Source: Macrostomum lignano
Lineage: Eukaryota
Reading direction: 5' to 3'
Length of the DNA: 64,000 bases
Assembly (NCBI GenBank): GCA_002269645.1
Contig: NIVC01003866.1
Location: forward strand, 1-64,000
Both the position numbers and the translations under genes were made by a program. The notes below the pieces were generated by a model. It saw only the letters and a program-made list of their open reading frames with translations. It was not told the DNA's origin and searched no databases. Below, piece by piece: positions 60,940-64,000 of this stretch (positions are counted from its first letter, which is position 1; each line of letters opens with the position of its first letter).

Positions 60940-61630
60940 ATTGTCCGCCATTTTTACTAAAGTTACTATAAATATGAGCAAATAAATCTGTAGAGAGCCC
61001 AGACTTCTGTGGCTGCCACTAGTAACAGGCTTTGCCTTTCGGCCGAATTGAACAGTTGTTCTAAAAATAGACCAGTTTATGAGTTGTTCCTTTGAAGGCG
61101 CCCGCCTTTCCCCTTCCCCAAGATATAGCTGCTTTAAGAAATATAGTAATATTTCTAACCCCCTTTTTCCTTTATCAGTTGGACAGGTGTGAGGCCTCCC
61201 TTCCCCAGATCTCTGAGTAACCTGGCGATCTGCCAACTCCTTATCTAGACACACTGTCTGCTTAGGCGTCCTGCCCTTAGCTAATTCTCTATTAAGGCAT
61301 ATCTTTCCCATGTCAGCATTCCCTATTAGCTGCTAAAACCCCTTTTGTGTGCCCCGTTTCCCAGGCAACTCCGATCCATCGCGAAGCCCTTAATTCCCCT
61401 CTCCCACCTATATTCCCCGGACTGAGAATAGAAAACAGTGTCTTGCCGCTCGGACACTTCATGCCCCAGGAGCAACCCACGGCTTATTCCTGTTAGTAGT
61501 AAAATTTGAATCTTTCTTTGTTCCCCAATTAAAGTCCCTTGTGATAAATTGATAGAATAGGAGTCAGTAATCTCACCCCACAACAGATTTTGGTGTCAGC
61601 AATAGGAAAACTTCCCTCCCCCAAGACCCC
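60940..61630 (-). mobile_element. Possible heavily decayed Gypsy integrase-region remnant
   Basis: GC-balanced island in AT-rich DNA with broken frames faintly resembling the IN zinc-finger region (AH..G....K). Weak. Confidence 0.3.
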
Positions 61631-62742
61631 TGTAACACTATAAAAAACTATAGATTCAACAGTTAACACTACTGCAATAATAATACATATAGAATATTGC
61701 TAAAATAAATAAAAGAATACAACTATCACCGGCGCCACCAGCATGCATACAAGATAGGGAAATACAATACTTGTACATATTCTTCTTTAAATTACACAGT
61801 CACACTTTGACTTAAAAAGTTGCAAAAGTTTATAGACTAAGCTACTTGTTTATAGATAGAACATCTATAAGCTAGATTTGACAAAATTTTATACCAAGAA
61901 TCTCAATCTCAATAATTATAAAATTATTACTATATCAAATAAAATATTATACAATAATCATTCATGGCCTAGGCATTACGCCTAGCTAAAGAGCAAGTGA
62001 AATATACAAGACAAAGTAAAGAAAAGGAATGACAAGATAGACCTATAATATAAAAAATGTAGCTAAATTGTGAATATATAAAACTTCTTTGGCATTTTAA
62101 ACATTTAAATAAACTAATTGTATTGTAACTTTTAAGTAGGCCCTAACTAGACAATTCCAGATTTAATTCCATTGCGCTAGAATCCCTAGAACTCTCAAGT
62201 CTATCTGTCGACTGTCTTACACGACTTACAGTGACAGACAAGTGTCATTCGAGTGCGCAAGGGTATACACTCTACTCTATGGCCGACAGACCAATAATTT
62301 TTTAATGATTTGAAATTTGAAGCATAAAAAGCAATAGGGCCGGCCTACATGTAATAGGTTGAAAGGCTGAGAAAATCAAAGCTAGCTTATCGGTTCGATT
62401 CGAAGAAAAGCAGCAGATAAAGCAGAAAAGCAATAAAAAGCAAGTAAACCTGTTTGTGCAACTAGCTCATTATTAAAAATATTTGAATAAATTTAAGTGA
62501 AATACATCTGCACTTTTATGTAAAATCTGTAAGATAAGTCATCATAAGTGTGAATTTTTGTTTTACAGTTCTAAAGTGCTATATTTTAAGTTTTTGTTTT
62601 CAAGGAAACAGATTTTTAATCCAGGAAATTTTTTATCTGTAGGAGTTATGATCTAGGAAGGAGGAAGAGGCAAAAGTAGTTTAAAGAGTCTAATCATCTA
62701 GACGTGATTTATATATATATAGCTGCTTTATTTTATACCATT

Positions 62743-62782
62743 ATGACTTCAAAGGATGACGAATATGACTATCTTTTCAAAG
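62743..62782 (+). CDS. RAB11: Rab11-family small GTPase, first coding exon
   Basis: MTSKDDEYDYLFK followed by a phase-1 donor G|GTACAT, the conserved position in RAB11 genes. The rest of the gene is outside the window. Confidence 0.85.
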
Positions 62783-62827
62783 GTACATTCTTTATTTTGA
62801 AATATGATATTATTTTTTCCCTTCCTG

Positions 62828-63013
62828 CAGTGGCGTACGCAGAATTTTCCATTGAAGGGGGCGCCAACAGACCAGGGGGAGTATCGTCCATCTGCACCGA
62901 CAAGTTGCAAAAATAAAGGACATTTTTGGGGTTCTCTCTGGCTAGTCGCCTCTGGCAAGACCTCCATCAGTCACCCCCTAGGTAATAGGGGGGGGGGGCT
63001 GCGTAAGCCACCG
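62828..63013. mobile_element. hAT-type MITE (186 bp) in Rab11 intron 1
   Basis: TIRs CAGTGGCGTACGCAG / CTGCGTAAGCCACCG (13/15). 8-bp TSD CCTTCCTG / CCTTCCTA. Confidence 0.8.
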
Positions 63014-63440
63014 CCTTCCTAGCCTATTTGAGTCCTGAATTCTGGTTCATCCATGTCTCGGAATTAAGTTAACATTTTTTCCCTACCCATAACCCGTTAT
63101 CTTTCAATTTGCACTCACCCATTTTTAATGATAATGAATTTTTGTTAGTGAATCCATGCCACCCCAATAGATTGTGGTTTGATTTTAGTTCTAAATATGC
63201 TACAATTTCATGATGAAATGAAACTTACCTATATTTTATCTGATTTGTCTCTATTAGACACAAGACTATAAATGATCAAAAAAAGTTTTTATTTTGATTT
63301 AAACTTCTATCTATATAATTAACTAGTTTTATATTTTTCTAATTCTTAATACAATTAACCTTAAATTCTTAACTCCGACCAAAGCAATACATATATAATC
63401 CTTTGTAATTCAAAGAATATATATTAATCTACATATTTTG

Positions 63441-63442
<2 letters not shown>

Positions 63443-63495
<53 letters not shown>

Positions 63496-63960
63496 TAACA
63501 CACGCTGGCGCAGGGGTTAGCAAAGCACCCATTGGTGGAAAACAGCTGTCCAGCCTAGCTACAGACTAAGAGGTAAGGCCCAGAGCCTGCAAGTCAGTGA
63601 GAAGAGTGTCAGTCAGAGTGGTGCAGCATGCCTGGCCCTGGTGGAGTCTCCCACAAGGCAGGCTAAGTAGTAGGTCAGCGAGTGGGGCCTGGTGCCTCGT
63701 GTGTGGGCCCACAGGCAGTGGCCTGCAGCCCCACATCTGGCGCTGCCTCTGCAAAGTGCGACCAGGGGCGGCATGTGGGTCTGGACTGTCAGCTCAGCAT
63801 TGCTCACGCGCTTGGGGAACTGGATACCCAGGGCATTGCGCAGGAGGTGATGATGGCAGGCCTCCAAGCTCGCCTCACGAGTGGCAGTCATGGGGATGGC
63901 TTCCAGCCTGTAGGTCAGCACCTGTGGTGGAAGAGTCAACTGCCTCTTCCACTTGGCAGT
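63443..63960 (-). mobile_element. 5'-truncated non-LTR (RTE-like) retrotransposon 3' end with (TAA)n tail
   Basis: Minus frame LEACHHHLLRNALGIQF...VSNAEL...AGHCL resembles the post-RT domain of RTE-type LINEs. The (TAT)n tract at 63443-63495 is the tail. Confidence 0.7.
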
Positions 63961-64000
63961 TGAGATTTTTTTATAGAAGTGATAATATAGCAAAAATCAT

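Overview
Eukaryotic (animal) genomic DNA. GC-rich exons, AT-rich spacers and minisatellite-filled introns are consistent with a free-living flatworm such as Macrostomum (inference only). 1-8344: right arm of an endogenous Polinton/Maverick (adintovirus-like) virus with pPolB C-terminus, adenain-type protease, A32/FtsK packaging ATPase, major and minor capsid proteins, several accessory ORFs, subterminal repeats and an AGTAG-type terminus. It appears inserted into the integrase tail of a decayed Ty3/Gypsy element (8345-12160, minus). 15771-36073: 16-exon NALCN sodium-leak-channel gene with an EEEE (calcium-channel-like) filter and an enlarged domain II pore loop. Its first coding intron holds a very young Gypsy element (identical 253-bp LTRs, GGTTG TSD) whose Gag N-terminus appears deleted right after the PBS. 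Downstream: FAN1 nuclease (no UBZ, canonical PIP box), an orphan Pro-rich ORF, large satellites, a two-exon gene for an unrecognised 6-Cys secreted prepropeptide, a tRNA/CORE SINE, MLX, the first exon of Rab11, a hAT MITE and a LINE 3' end. Many apparent frameshifts are 1-nt deletions in base runs and are probably assembly errors.
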